Shown: one piece after another, positions 11,157 to 25,807 of the stretch
How positions within the stretch are numbered: the first letter of the stretch is position 1
How the letters are laid out: the number at the start of each line of letters is the position of its first letter
Source: Octopus vulgaris
Taxonomy: Eukaryota
Length of the DNA: 64,000 bases
NCBI GenBank assembly: GCA_951406725.2
Contig: OX597815.1
Span: forward strand, 202,926,001 to 202,990,000
Direction of reading: 5' to 3'
Made by a program: the position numbers and the translations under genes
Notes under the pieces: generated by a model
What the model saw: the letters and a program-made list of their open reading frames with translations, nothing else
What the model was told of the DNA's origin: nothing
Database searches by the model: none

Positions 11157-14100
11157 ATTTATATGTTTTATATGAGTGCATAACACACAGACACACACTA
11201 ATATATAAGTACATGTATACATACATCTATTATCAAACAATAGTTAAAAGAGACAATAGTAATCTGGTAATGAGATGAGTTAAAAAATGTAAGACAATCG
11301 CAATTCAAAAAACAATGAGATGGAGATTACAGAATCATTGATAGCACAGTGGCTGACAATTTCTATTACTGAATCTCTACACAAGGAAAATAATTTATCA
11401 ACTTAGCAGTATGATGTAACGGCAACGCATATTTCTTGCAATCTGCTTAATTTTCATTGAGTAATGTTTTCCTGTACTCTCCTAACTAAGCTTATTCTAG
11501 TGTGCTTTATTATCACCAGAAACGTTTAATATGATAAATGACACTGTTAAGATTACTAAGTGAACTAGCGGGAGTTAACTTTAGAGTTTTATGCATGAAA
11601 CGAAGAGAAATGCTTAACAAACCAATTCTATAGAATGCTGATAGATTAGACTAGATAATATACAAAACGCTTCTAATATATTAAGTTTCTGGTAGCACAA
11701 TAAAAGCTTTGCATTCATATTAGCTATCTAAGAACTTTTCACAACACAGCCTGTAGTCGTAGACGAACTTGTCAATTACTAATTAGTTACACCATGTCTT
11801 TTTGGGTGTGTTTGTTTTCGTAATATTTGTTGGAAGTAGGAGGTCAAATCTGAGTAGGTCCAAACATTAGACTCCAAAACACAGACAATGATCAGCCCCA
11901 GACAATGCAGTCACGCAACGACCAATTGTTTAAAATTATTAGCGCCTCTAACTAATCCGACCATGTGAGGACACGGTTAGGATAGACTAAATAAGTTATT
12001 TATAAATTTAACCTTTAAAGGTATTTTTTTTATATGCTGGCCATTGATAAAATTATTCTCGGAAAAGTTTATCCTATATTAGATGTAAATTTAATAGTGT
12101 TTACTTCCAACTCTTTGCTAGTAGATTTATAATTACTGTGACAAACTCGTAGGAAGAAAAGAAAAGCACATTCATAACAACCCTCTATTATTTTCATATC
12201 ATACACAATTGTAAGGCTTTGAGGTTCTCCTACGTTTTGAGTTGTTCGTGTCGTAAACAAGGTAATAGTCACCAACATGTTGAACCTGAGTGTCATATAG
12301 AACCAGCCCAGTCTTTCACCTGGGACTCTACTCCGACACGTTTACTGCATTTTAAGCGTATCCAATTCTTTATTTTGTTTTTCTACATGAGCCTTCCCCA
12401 CCATCATCCCACCGTGATTCTCTTTTGCCTTTCGTTTCTTTTCCTTCTGTCACCTGTCTCTTGTGGGTAAGTCTTTCCTGAATGGTTTTAAAACATGTTT
12501 TTTATCTCTTTAATGTTATTTAATAATTTTGTTTTATTACTCCATCATTAGTCTTATGTTCTGTTCATGGTATTCTCAAAAGTCTTTTGTATGCCTTCGA
12601 GAGCTCGTCTGAGATCGCGTGTCGAAATTAATGTAATTACTTTACTGAAATGCTACTCAAGTTATTCAAGAAAAAATAAAACGTATTCAATTTTCTTTTA
12701 ATTTAGTTCAGTTGTCGAAATTTTCATTACACTGTTGAAACCTGGAGACTGACAAAGTTTAGTTTGAAAGTGATTTTAATGGCCAGCTGCCTTTCTATTT
12801 TTTATATTTCTTCGTGCGTAAATGAATGCTATACGTGTCTGTTTTATTCATGTTAATTTACATTGACATTATGATATTGGGCATTAGTTGGTTGTCTTTT
12901 TTGTTATTTTCTGGATCATGCTTTGGCTTGTTTGCAACATAGTTTAAGAGAAACATCAAGTTATGGCATTGTTCGAGAGCAACTTAGAATAATCGTATAT
13001 GTATATACACTTACATATGAAGACACACACACACGCTCCCTCTCACCTATTTCCCTCTCCCTCTATCTCTCTATTTCTCTCTCCCTCTCTCACACACACA
13101 TTAAAACGCATTTTGCTGAGGATTGAAAGATTGCTCTGTTTATTGTGTGGGTGTGTATTCGTGTGCATGCATTTGTGTGTATTCATGTACTTATGGCTAC
13201 GTGCATACACTCATATACAATTGTCTTCCTGTGTGTGTATGTGTGCATATGTGTCTGTTTGTGTGTTTTGTGTGTGTATATGTTTGTGTATTCGTATCCT
13301 GTTCCCATTCCACGTATCTGTATATGTTTAGATGCGTGATATTCTAGAGCTAAATTTGAATTAAAATTCTGCTAATAATTTTCATGATGAATATTAATAA
13401 GGAAGTCTTATGTAAATGCAGTATTTCTTTGAAATCTCTTCTATAATATGTTTCTTTTAAATAACAGTTTCAGCTAAAACATTAAATGAAGCTTATGAAT
13501 TACAATAACAGCCTGAAATAAGATTCATAAGATTTTCTTTGTGGTAGTAAACTTATTATTCTATTCTGGAATCTACCGCCTTATATCAGCAGATCTCTTA
13601 TTCTATTCTATTTCTTTACTTATTCAAAATCACTGCTCACGCTACAAATGATGATTTCATTTCTTGCGGCATAATTCTGTACATTGAATCTTTATGTGAG
13701 AAAATTATATTTAACTATTGATGGTAGAGAGATGTGAGGTGAAATATCTTCTCTTGGAATCATTAACTTGGCTCTGTTTGGCTTGCTAGAAGCCTTAGTC
13801 TTTCTCACAGACAAATTTGAAAAATACCATTAACCTGCTAAGTTTGAACGCCACCCACATAATTTCTCAGAACAAGCAACTCAAATAAGTGAGGTACTTT
13901 AACTTGATTAATAATGTAATATCGTACACTATTCTGAAAGAGATATACGTTATCATCTATTTAGGTATTATAATTTAAGCTAATTTTAAACTCTCGAGTA
14001 GAATTCATTATATTTATTTGAAGCAGAAGTTATATAAATATTTTACAATTTCTTAGTTTGGTTCCAAGAAGTGCCTCTTCCAAAAACAGAAACTCTGCAC

Positions 14101-14567
14101 ACGAATCTGTGCATTTGACTTTGTTATAGGTATATGATTGTCAATAATAAGCTAGAGATGAGACATCCCGTTTGGATGTGGCTGTATTCCAATGGGATGG
14201 GGGCATGATATTATTCATTCATATGGAAGTGTAATAGTGACATAATAGTGCCACCACGTCTGATATGCGAACAGTACCGTTTTGCAGGTAGCACCTGTGC
14301 TTTGAGGAATGTTAGGAATGTTAGAAATGGACATTAGATGACGTATTTTCTACGCTTCAAGCTGAAGGCTGGTATTTCCTATGCAGTTTTCCAGGTTTAG
14401 GAATATACTAGAATATATACCCCGATTTATGAGGCCTCGCATATTAGTAACCTTCAGAATTCTGCAGGCATGGTTCTCATGTGTTATAGTGTAATTGTTG
14501 ATGCTATTTCTATGACATCTATAATGGTAGTGTAATAATTTATATTCCGACAACATTAGCATTCCTA

Positions 14568-14798
14568 GGCGGTGAGCTGGCAGAAACGTTAGCACGCCGG
14601 GCGAAATGCGTAGCCGTATTTCGTCTGCAGTTACGTTCTGAGTTCAAATTCCGCCGAGGTCGATTTTGCCTTTCATCTTTTCGGGGTCGATAAATAAAGT
14701 ACCAGTTACGCACTGGGGTCGATGTAATCGACTTAATCCCTTTGTCTGTCCTTGTTTGTCCCCTCTATGTTTAGCCCCTTGTGGGCAGTAAAGAATAT
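14568..14798 (+). mobile_element. tRNA-like-headed SINE, family C
   Basis: GGCGGTGAGCTGGCAGAA (A-box-like) and GAGTTCAAATTCC (B-box-like); multiple copies in the window. Confidence 0.85.
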
Positions 14799-15149
14799 AT
14801 ATTAGAGGTTTCTGTTTGGGGAATGAGTGTAAATTCGACGTCATTTTCCTATGTGTTGCAAAGAAAACGCATGAGTGTGGAAAGTTAAGGACAAATAAAA
14901 AGCAGTATAATCTGTGAATGGGTATGAAGAAAATTGCATGTAAATCTACATTCATGCATATTTACTTTGACTAATATTTCATTATAATATTTCATACTCG
15001 TGCAATCTCTTCCGTTTTGGTTATTATTAAGTATGACATTGGTGGAATGCAGGACAGAATTTTCTCGGCAAGTACTGTTTACTAAGCATACATTATATGA
15101 ATAGCAAATCCATTCAGGCATACTAGTACAACTTAATCTTGGTACTTAG

Positions 15150-15150
15150 A

Positions 15151-15194
<44 letters not shown>

Positions 15195-17171
15195 CATTAT
15201 TATTATTATTATTATTATTATATGTTTGACTTTTGCTTTATATTTGTACAAGTTGGCTCCAAGTCTCACCCAGAGACCTCAAGAGACAACAGGGTTGGAA
15301 GTTCATGTTGTTGTTATGCCTAGTGTGCCATATATTTGGGGGGTGGGGATGTTGTACTAATGAATGTCTAAAAAAAAAAAAAAAGGTTTTTTTTTTTTTT
15401 TAAACCGAAAATTATGTTTGTTTTAAACCTTGAGATTACATAGAAGTATTTTGCGTAGGATATGAGCAGTTCCCATGAGCACTATCTTTTGAACTTCTGC
15501 CATTTTTGGGTTTCCTGGTATCTGAGTTAGGTAGCTATCAGCCCCTTTTGCTATCATTCCCAGGGCACCTATGACAACAGGTATTGTTTTAGTCTTCAGC
15601 TTCCACATTTTGCTGATTTCTATTTCAAGATCTTTATATTTGCTCAGTTTTTGGTAGGTCTTGACAGATACGTTTATATCGATTGGGACAGTCATATCAA
15701 TGAGGAGGCATGTTCTTTGTTTGAAGTTTTTCAATATGATGTCTGGCCTATTTGCATCTATCTTCCTGTCAGTTTGAATGGTGAAGTTCCAGAGGAGTGA
15801 GATGTGGTCATTTTCAAGCACTGGGGGTGGTTTGTGTTCCCACCAGTTTTTTTCATGGGGCAAATCCAGGTTTTTACAGATTACCCAGTGAATATATTGT
15901 GCAGCTCTATCGTGCCTGTTGAGATACTCTGTAGGCGCTAGAAGACTGCACTTGGAGACCACATGGTCAATGGTTTCATTTTGTTGCTTGCATACACGAC
16001 ACGTTGGACTGCTTCTGATCTTTAATATGTTGGCCTGGTAGTTTCTTGTTGGTAGGCATTGATCTTGAGCTGCTATGATAAACCCCTCTGTTTCAGATTT
16101 TAAGCCAGAGGCCATTAGCCATTGATGGGTCAGGGCTTTGTCGATATCTGCATTATTCGCTCTCTTTGGGTATTTGCCATAGAGAGGTTTTTCTTGCCAT
16201 TTATTATTCAGAATATCTAAGGCCGCAGTTTTGGCACGGGTTTTCATGCGCCTAGCTTTTTCTGTGCTTGTTTCTTGTATATCTATCTCTAATTCCGAAA
16301 TTGGTTGTATTCGGAGTTCACTTAGATATTCCTTTGCCTGTTTTGTGACTGAGTATGATGCTTTCTTGTTTTCATGTTTTGAGACAAGTTTTAGCATCCA
16401 GTCCTCAGAGTTTTTCAGGTAGGTGTCTAGGCCAATTGTAGCAATCTTCATTGTTATTGCCAGTTGCAAAAGACCACGGCCTCCCTCTTTTCTTGGCAGA
16501 TAGAGTCGTTCTGTATCTGCCTTAGGGTGGTGCATTCTATGCATTGTCAACAGTTTCCTTATTTTTCTGTCGAGCTGACATATTTCAGTAATTGACCAGT
16601 TAACAATATTGAAACTGTAAGTCACGACTGGTATAGCTAATGCATTGATTGCTTCGATCCTGTTTCTTGCATTCAGCTCTGTCTTGAGTATTGCTCTCAC
16701 TCTTCGATAGCATTCTCTCCTGATCCTTTCCTTCATCTCTGAATGCCTTATTCCGTTCCCTTCAATTATCCCTAGGTACTTGTAGCTCTCCGCTGGGTCT
16801 AGTTCTTTTATGACATTCTGTTGGTCAAGGTTAACGTTAGATGTTTCTGTCATTTTTCCTTTGATAAAGGTAGCCTTTGCACATTTATCGAGGCCGAATT
16901 GCATTCTGATGTCGTCACTGAATTGTTTGACTATCGCTAGTAAGCCCTTGAGTTGTTGATCATTTTTTGCAAAAAGCTTTAAATCATCCATGTAAACGAG
17001 ATGATTTATATTTTTATCAAACATTTTATACCCGTACTGCGCGTCATTGAGCAGCTTTGAGAGAGGTATTAAAGATAAACAAAAGAGGAGTGGTGACAGT
17101 GAGTCACCCTGGAAAATGCCACACGAAATTTTTACATCACCAGCATTTAGGGATTCTACTGTCACTGTCAC

Positions 17172-17172
<1 letters not shown>
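15150..17172 (-). mobile_element. R4/Dong-clade non-LTR retrotransposon, 5'-truncated, with (TAA)n tail
   Basis: RT motifs GIFQGDSLSPLLF, YMDD, YKYLG; CCHC knuckle CRVC...H....C; restriction-like endonuclease RHD...RPD...D...K..KY; 3' UTR 15222-15422; (TAA)n on both sides. Confidence 0.92.
15423..17172 (-). CDS. C-terminal part of RT plus restriction-like endonuclease polyprotein (open frame, 5'-truncated)
   Basis: Uninterrupted frame from about VTVESLNAG to LCNLKV*; the upstream poly-N/poly-I is microsatellite, not protein. Confidence 0.85.
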
Positions 17173-18452
<1,280 letters not shown>

Positions 18453-19683
18453 TGGTGGTAGTATAGAAATGAAATTCATTGATAGTAGTAGCTGATTTAT
18501 TTTAAATTTTGATCACAGGTTGCGACAGAAAAAAAAATGAAGGAATATTTCCCAATTTTTGTTGCATACGTTCTAGTTTCCTTTGGATAAGGCAGATTAA
18601 ATAATATCATCTTTCTTTTGCAAGTTGTCATACTCGGCTCTATATGCATGTTGTACTTAATTTTTTCAGTGACGTAGCTATGTTTGTGCAACATTGTATA
18701 GGTGTGCGTTGCTCTGCTATTACGGGCTTTGTTGGAATACAGAACCGAGATTCGCTCAAAATGTAGCTATATATCCGTGCATTGTTTGAAAGAATTTACG
18801 TATTTTGTCCAATAATGTTGTTACTTGTTAGACACTGATTAAATACAGTGAGAAAATTTCTTTTAATTTTAGTATCAAATTATTGAAAAGCTTAGTTGGA
18901 ATCGTTCCAAACTTCGTACCTGTGTTTCTCGTTCATAATGCTTTGAGATTAATAAGCTTTTTAAATATTGAAATGTGATCCATCGCATTGTATCCTCGAA
19001 TATCAATAAGTCCTGAAATAAGGACTGTACGACTTAATCCTGTTTGTTAAAAAAAAATGTGTATTATTCACGGTCTACAGACTACAATAAAACTAAATCG
19101 ATCACCCTTCATAATGATATTCCTGAACTACTCATGTTAACTGCATATACGAATTATATATATTTGAAGGAGGTTTAATTATTTTCCTATATTTTCTTTT
19201 TTAATACAGAAAGCCACATTTAAATTCTTTTTTTCTTAAGTTCTCCCCATATGATTACCGTTAGATCATTTTTAAAAGAATCACATACACCGTTTGCATG
19301 ACAGACAAAACCCAATGCTTAATACCTAATGAGAAACAACTCTAAATATTCCCATTGTCGCGACTGAATTATCACTATTTTCTCTAATAACATATTATCA
19401 AAATATATAATGGGGTAACGATTAAAACGCTACATTGCCTCATAAATAAGGCGTTGGTGACCCCTAATTTTAAAGTGAATATATAATACTAATCCTCTGT
19501 AAAAATTGAAGTGAATTCTGCACAAAATAATTCAGTTTTCCTTTTCGTTATGGCTATTTTATATTCGGGTTTATATACATCAGTACGTACATTCATTCAT
19601 CCATTCATACATACAAACATACGTACATACATACGTACATACATACATACATACATACATACATACATACATACATACATACA

Positions 19684-19715
<32 letters not shown>

Positions 19716-19724
19716 ACTATTAAC

Positions 19725-20240
19725 CAGAGTAGTATCATCTCTATTAATGATTTGACGGTTCCCCCTCTATCTGACGAGGAATGTTACAGGTATCTAGGGG
19801 TGGATGAAAATATATCTTACAGTGGCACCTGTAACAAAACACGTGTCACTAAAGAATATTACAGCCGAATAAAGAACATTTGGGCCTCAGAACTCTCTGG
19901 ATTCAATAAAGCAGTGGCCCGCAATGTGTTTGCAGTGCCAGTACTCAGACCAACAATTGGGCTGCTTGGCTGGACGTTTGATGAGATCCAAGCCATTGAT
20001 GTGGAAATCAGAGAAATACAAACAAGCAGACATAATTTCCACATATATAGTGATGTAGACCGGCTCTCCCTTAAACGAAAACAAGGCGGAAGAGGCTTAA
20101 CATCGATCCCAAATGACTTTGAATGTCGCATCATATCTCTTCGGTAGCATCTTTAAAGCACCAAGTGTCGAGGTGCATTCCTTGATCAAGTTTGCATACA
20201 TGAGGCTGATAACATCATAAGACTTGGAAGGCAGCTTATT
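19725..20240 (+). mobile_element. Diverged R4-clade LINE fragment
   Basis: YRYLGV..E...KEY..R...IW.SEL...NK.......FAVPV and RL.L.RK.GGRGL align with the 15423-17172 protein; stops after 20147. Confidence 0.8.
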
Positions 20241-20406
20241 CCTATTTCTTTCACTTTTCAATGAGTAGCAGATGTAACAAGGCTACGCTTTCAGGTTTCC
20301 TGGATATATTTTTCAGAAATAACCCAATAGGTTTACCATTAATTCCGTGAAATATTCTCAGGTCGCGCTGGTCAAAAATAATGAACATAAGTTAGTGACT
20401 ATTTTT

Positions 20407-20790
20407 TGTGGAGAAATGTGACTGTGTAGTAAGAAGTTTGCTTCTCAACCGCATGGTTCCGCATTCATCCCCACTGCGTAGCACATTGGGTGAGTGTCTT
20501 CTATCATAGCCTCGGGCTGACCATAGGCTTGTGCGTGGATTTGATAGAAGAAAATTGAAAACCGCTCGTCGCATGTATGTGTGTGTCAGTCTGTATGTAC
20601 CCCACCCACTGCACAACAATCGTTGTTAGTGTATTTACCTCCCCGTAACTTCGTGGTTCGAAGAAAGTAACCGATACAATTAGCACTTTAAGTTCTGAGA
20701 CAGTTCGTTTTACTAAAATTCCTCAAGACGGTGCTCCAGCATGAGCGCAATCTAATGCCTGAAACATGTAAAAGATGAAAGATAAAAGAT
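20407..20790 (+). mobile_element. Degenerate SINE family A
   Basis: Colinear with 333-748 (GTGTCTTCTATCATAGCCTCGGGCTGACC...GGTGCTCCAGCATG...AAAAGAT tail). Confidence 0.75.
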
Positions 20791-21220
20791 ATTCGTGATA
20801 TATATTTTCCAATACATATATGTCTAAGTATACAGTATGTATGTGTGCGACTGCGTGTGAGTTTATACTTGTATAACAGAACTATTGTGATGGAGCTAAT
20901 TGAAAAACTAACTGGGTGTGGTAAGAAGGCTATTCAGAACGCAGTACTTTAATATACTACACGTTGACTGTTACTCATTTTTTATGTAAATTGTTAGAAA
21001 TATTCAAGTAAAATTGTATATGGTTTATGGGCGTAACTTGAAAGATATAATATCGTAATGTAAGGAAAGGCGTTTCCTTAGACATAATGTTAATAATAGA
21101 TATTATATGTAAGGAAACAGTTTCTTGGTTGTATCTTAATGGCTACAATTTAGTCAGATGATTGTATAGTGCTGCTAAAGTGTCTACCATACTAATAGAC
21201 ACACACATAATATATATATA

Positions 21221-21753
21221 CAGGGTATCCCCCAAAAATGTATACACAGACTGCAACAGTCTGTCATGCCAAGTATTAGAGAGGACTTTGAACAGGAAGA
21301 GTTTTATTTCCAGCAAGATGGGGCATCTCCACACTACCATCGCGATGTTAGATCCTTTCTTGATGGGATCTTGCCAAACAGGTGGATTGGACGAAGCGGT
21401 TTTGTCGAATACCCTCCACGTTCACCAGACCTCACACCACTAGACTTCTTTTTATGGGGATACCTAAAGGACAAAGTCTACGCACAGAAACCTGCAACAG
21501 TCGTTCAATTGAGGGCAACCATTGAACATGAATGTACGAATATCCCAAGGGAATTGTTCCATGATGTGTGCCATTCCATCGCTTCGAGTTGTCAGCAGTG
21601 TCTGGAGCAGAACGGACATCAGTTTGAGAACATGCGATAACAAGACAATAGAATGATATTTGTAAATTCTTTTACATGTTGAAAATTATTGGAATTATAA
21701 TAAACCCCAAATTTACAATTATTTAAGGTGTGCATACATTTTTTGGGGACACC

Positions 21754-21756
<3 letters not shown>
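21221..21756 (+). mobile_element. Internally deleted Tc1/mariner transposon, DD41D (rosa/Visitor) type
   Basis: TIRs CAGGGTATCCCCCAAAAATGTATACAC / GTGCATACATTTTTTGGGGACACCCTG in TA context; ORF 21266-21640 FQQDGA...RWIGR...PPRSPDLTPLDFFLWG with 41 residues between the 2nd and 3rd Asp. Confidence 0.88.
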
Positions 21757-21841
<85 letters not shown>

Positions 21842-21869
21842 TAACGTCTATTTGCCAACATAAAGTGGC

Positions 21870-22470
21870 AGTCACGATTAGGACGGTGTTGCTACATATG
21901 TTTAGCCCCAGGAAAACATCTTTTCCGGCTGGCTATCGATACACAACTACGTCTTTATACTTCGAACAAGGGATATAATGTCTCCACTCAGCCTCAAACT
22001 GTATGTGCGGACCAATGGTTTCTGCGATATTTCACTTCATCGACACAGGATTATCGCTGGCTCGAGATGGCAGCAACTAGGTATTGCTTGAAGCATATAT
22101 TTTTAAATTGACACACAATCACTGATCTCATAAGGCGGAAAAACAACTAGCTTTTAATTTCTGAGCGTGAAATAAGTAGTAACAGTACTACAGAGTAAAG
22201 TTTATTTGCCAACAGAATGTGGGAGTCCTGATTAGCACGGTGTTATTACCTTTTTTAGCCACAGGAAATCATCTTTTCCAGCTGGGTATCGACACAAAAC
22301 TGTGTCCTTATACCTTGAACAAGGGAGCTAATGTCCCCACTCAGCCTTAAATGATACCTGCAGAGCAATGGTTTCTGAGTTATTTCTCTTCATCGACACA
22401 GGAGAACTGTTAGTAGAGATAGCAGCTCTAGATCTTGCTCGAGGTATATAATTTTAAAATGACACACAGT
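21870..22470 (-). repeat. Tandem dimer of a ~353-bp hammerhead-containing unit (family P2)
   Basis: CGGTGTT at 21884 and 22238; GA(C/G)CAATGGTTTC...TTCATCGACACAGG at ~22010 and ~22363; both units end AAA(T)TGACACACA. Confidence 0.75.
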
Positions 22471-23484
22471 CGTGTATATGTGTGTGTGTTTGTGTTTGTA
22501 TAATATATAAATATAATATATATGTGTATTACACACGCACACACACCACTATTGTATAAAATATTCATCACATGTATTTATATGCTAATACCAAATATCT
22601 TACGCCAGTTTGATTTGAGATGCAGACAAGTGAGGCTTGTAATTCTAATGCATAATCTACTCAGATACAAGAGTGTAATACATGTCGTTATTGTCCAAAT
22701 ACAATGAGGCACAAATGTAAAATTATCCTACTTATGTATGTTTGCACCGTGTAAACACTGACATATTCTAGCAAGCATATTCCCCAGTGTAGAAACGTAA
22801 CGTCAAACATCGAAATGAATTTATACAGAAACATAAATGTAAATATAAAAACCCATTTCTCTTGTATTGTTGAAAGTATATCTTTCCAGTCTTTATTTCT
22901 ATTCAATAATGTTTTTTCTTAGAAAAACTTGATGAAAATTCCATTATCCACAATGGCGTAAAAATTGTAGTTGTTGAACGTATAGCAGATATCAGTCAAC
23001 TAAATCCATATAGCATTCATGAATATCACGTCTCTATAATAGTTTCTCTTTATCGTCATTTTCATTGAACTTTTATTTTGTCTTTTTTGATGTGTTAGAT
23101 TTTCTTTTATCCTAGAGATATATAGTGTCTAGTCTGAAAACGTCTTTGGAAAATAGAATCTCTTTGTGAGATACTACTTAGATATCGGAAACACAAATAA
23201 CGGGAAGAAATTACTGTAGCAAAATACAATTGCAAGCACACAGCAGAAACAATGACACTGACACTTAAGCACGTGCACACGCGGACACATGCTGATATAT
23301 ATATATATGTGTGTGTGTCTGTGTGCATGTGTTTGTGTGTGTTTGTGTGTGTGTGCGAGTGTATACACATATATTTATATGTATGTTTGTACGTAAGTAT
23401 ATGTATATATGTACAGGGATATAAATATAAATATAAATATATTCATGGATATACATGCATATGTTTATGTATATGTATATATAA

Positions 23485-23520
<36 letters not shown>

Positions 23521-23585
23521 GTATATATATATATTTATATATGTATATATATATATACATATATATATATAAGTATGTATGTATG

Positions 23586-25772
23586 TTAGTTAGTTAGTTA
23601 GTTAATTTGGCTCAAAAGCAAATAGCAAGGCCATGTAGGCGGACATGGAGTTAAGTACAGGGTGGTGTTCATGTAAAGAGTTCAGGCCACTTGAGGTCCA
23701 GGGAGGCTTTGAACAAAGCGGTCGTCGGCATCTTCACCATCTCGTCTGGCAGCTTGTTCCACGGATCCGCAACCCGGACGGAGAAAGCTCCTCTCCTTCG
23801 ATTGAGATGAAATCGTCGCAGGTAGAGCTTTTCGGAATGACCCCGCAGCCGACGCTCCGGAGCAGGAGTGAAGAACAGCTCTTTCGAGAGGTTACACTTC
23901 CCGCTTATGATGTTGTGGGCGAGAATGAGATCACCACGGCGGCGGCGTTTTTCAAGAGAACAAAGGTCGAGCGTCCTCAGCCTTTCTTCGTAGGACAAAT
24001 TTTTGAGACCATGAACCATGCGGGTAGCCAGCCTCTGGACTCTTTCGAGGTGCTGTATGTCTTTGAGGAGATAAGGAGAAGAGGCTTGAATCCCATACTC
24101 CAATATGGGTCTCACCAGCGTGACATAGAGTGACAGAAGTCATGAAAAGATGTTTTAATGCTGAAGTAGAAGAAAGTTCTAGATGCTCATTTGAATTGAT
24201 AATTCTATTTTCATTTCTACAAAATATATTCCTGTTTCATTTGCTGTATTCTTTCAATGAACATATATAAATATAAACGAAAGTTTAGCATTAAAGGTCA
24301 AAATACGCAGCGTCTTTCCAGCAATGTTGCCGGGAATCGATTTTGGACGAATAATAAATAATTCATAATTTGAGATTTTTACAATTCTGTGTGAGCATTC
24401 CGAATGACCGTCGAATCAAAAACAGAATTCCTCGCGCTTTGTTGGCAGCATGGACGCACTGGGCCGAAGGCGAAAAGGAGGAATCCACCAAGATACCCAG
24501 GTCCTTTACCTGATCGGTCCTCTCCAGCAGCAGACGACCCGGCTCGAAATCAAGTTGAGTTGCAGGAGTAAAGCCAACAGGCAGATGACAGCACTTTGAC
24601 ACGTTCAGACACAGGTCCCAATCGTTAGACCACTTCCAAATTTGGTGGAGGCATCGACGAAGATCCTCTATACTACCGCGAGGAGCGACCAGTTTAATAT
24701 CGTCGGCAAATAGAAGGGTGTGTTGCGTGAGGTCGTCGGGCAAGTCATTTATGAAGACTAAGAACAACAAGGGCCCAAGCACTGAACCTTGAGGCACGCC
24801 ACTGCTCGCACTGGAGACGTCGGACCGCGAACCATTAACTTGAACTTGGAAGGAGCGATCTGAGAGGAAGGCACCAACCCATCGTACAATATCCGGATGG
24901 AAACTATATGCTTGAAGCTTGACAAGTAGTAGGCGGTGGTTTACCGAGTCAAAAGCTTTGGCAAAGTCCAATAAAACGATGTCAACAGCATCACTATCAT
25001 CGAGGATGCGCGTCACCAATTCTTCCATTACTAGTAAGTTGGTCAAGCATGATCTCTTCGGCACGAAGCCGTGTTGGGAATCAGTGATCGAGGCTGTGTT
25101 TAGGAGGTGGAGCATCATACTTTTCTTAAGGATGGTTTCGAACATCTTGCTGATTATTGATGTAAGGGAAACCGGTCGGTAGTTAAGCGGGTCTTCGCGG
25201 CTCCCTTTCTTGAAAATTGGGCAGATTATCGCTGTTCTCCAGTCTGCAGGTATAACACCCGTCGCCAATGACATATTGAATAGTCGTGTTAAGGGCTCGC
25301 AGATGACCGGAGCCAACGCTTTGATAACCCGTGGGTGTATGCCGTCAGGGCCGTGACCCTTGTTGACATCGAGGCCTTGAATAACACGTTTGACTTGGTC
25401 CCGCGTGATGATCAATCGAAGCATTGGAGGTACCGATCTATCAAATGGAGGGGGTTCACGACCATCATCTTGTTTGAAAATAGTTGAAAAAGCCTCGGCA
25501 AATAATTGACTCTGTTGATAAGGGTCCTCAATCGATACGCCTGTTGAGTCTACCAACGTTGCAATCTGGTTGTTCAAGCGGGAATTCCGCTGGACATGGG
25601 CAAAGAAGGTTTTTGGATTGCTACTGGCATTTGCCGCGATTTTGTATTCATAACTGAAGCGTTCTTTCTTTTCAGTTTTCACGGCTCGGTCTCGTTGAGT
25701 TTTGTACACCTCAAAAGCTGCAGTCGAATCCAGATTTTTGAATTCAGCCCAAGCAATATCTCTGAGTCGACG

Positions 25773-25773
<1 letters not shown>
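23586..25773 (-). mobile_element. CR1-type LINE, 5'-truncated, disrupted by a 256-bp insertion
   Basis: About 99% identical by eye to 58838-60790; RT motifs DFAKAFDSV, GVPQGSVLGP, FADD; (CTAA)n tail at 23586-23605; ORF split into 24363-25709 and 23669-24115. Confidence 0.95.
24132..24387 (-). repeat. Inverted copy of 28674-28929 inserted into the CR1
   Basis: Reverse-complement match over 256 bp with two mismatches seen; absent from the intact CR1 copy at 60220-60240. Confidence 0.95.

Positions 25774-25804
<31 letters not shown>

Positions 25805-25807
<3 letters not shown>

Noticed and set aside
11270-11520. Faint resemblance to a family B DNA polymerase exonuclease III region on the minus strand
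   Set aside because: No SLYPS or YGDTDS motif found nearby and the match needs several stops; too weak to call.
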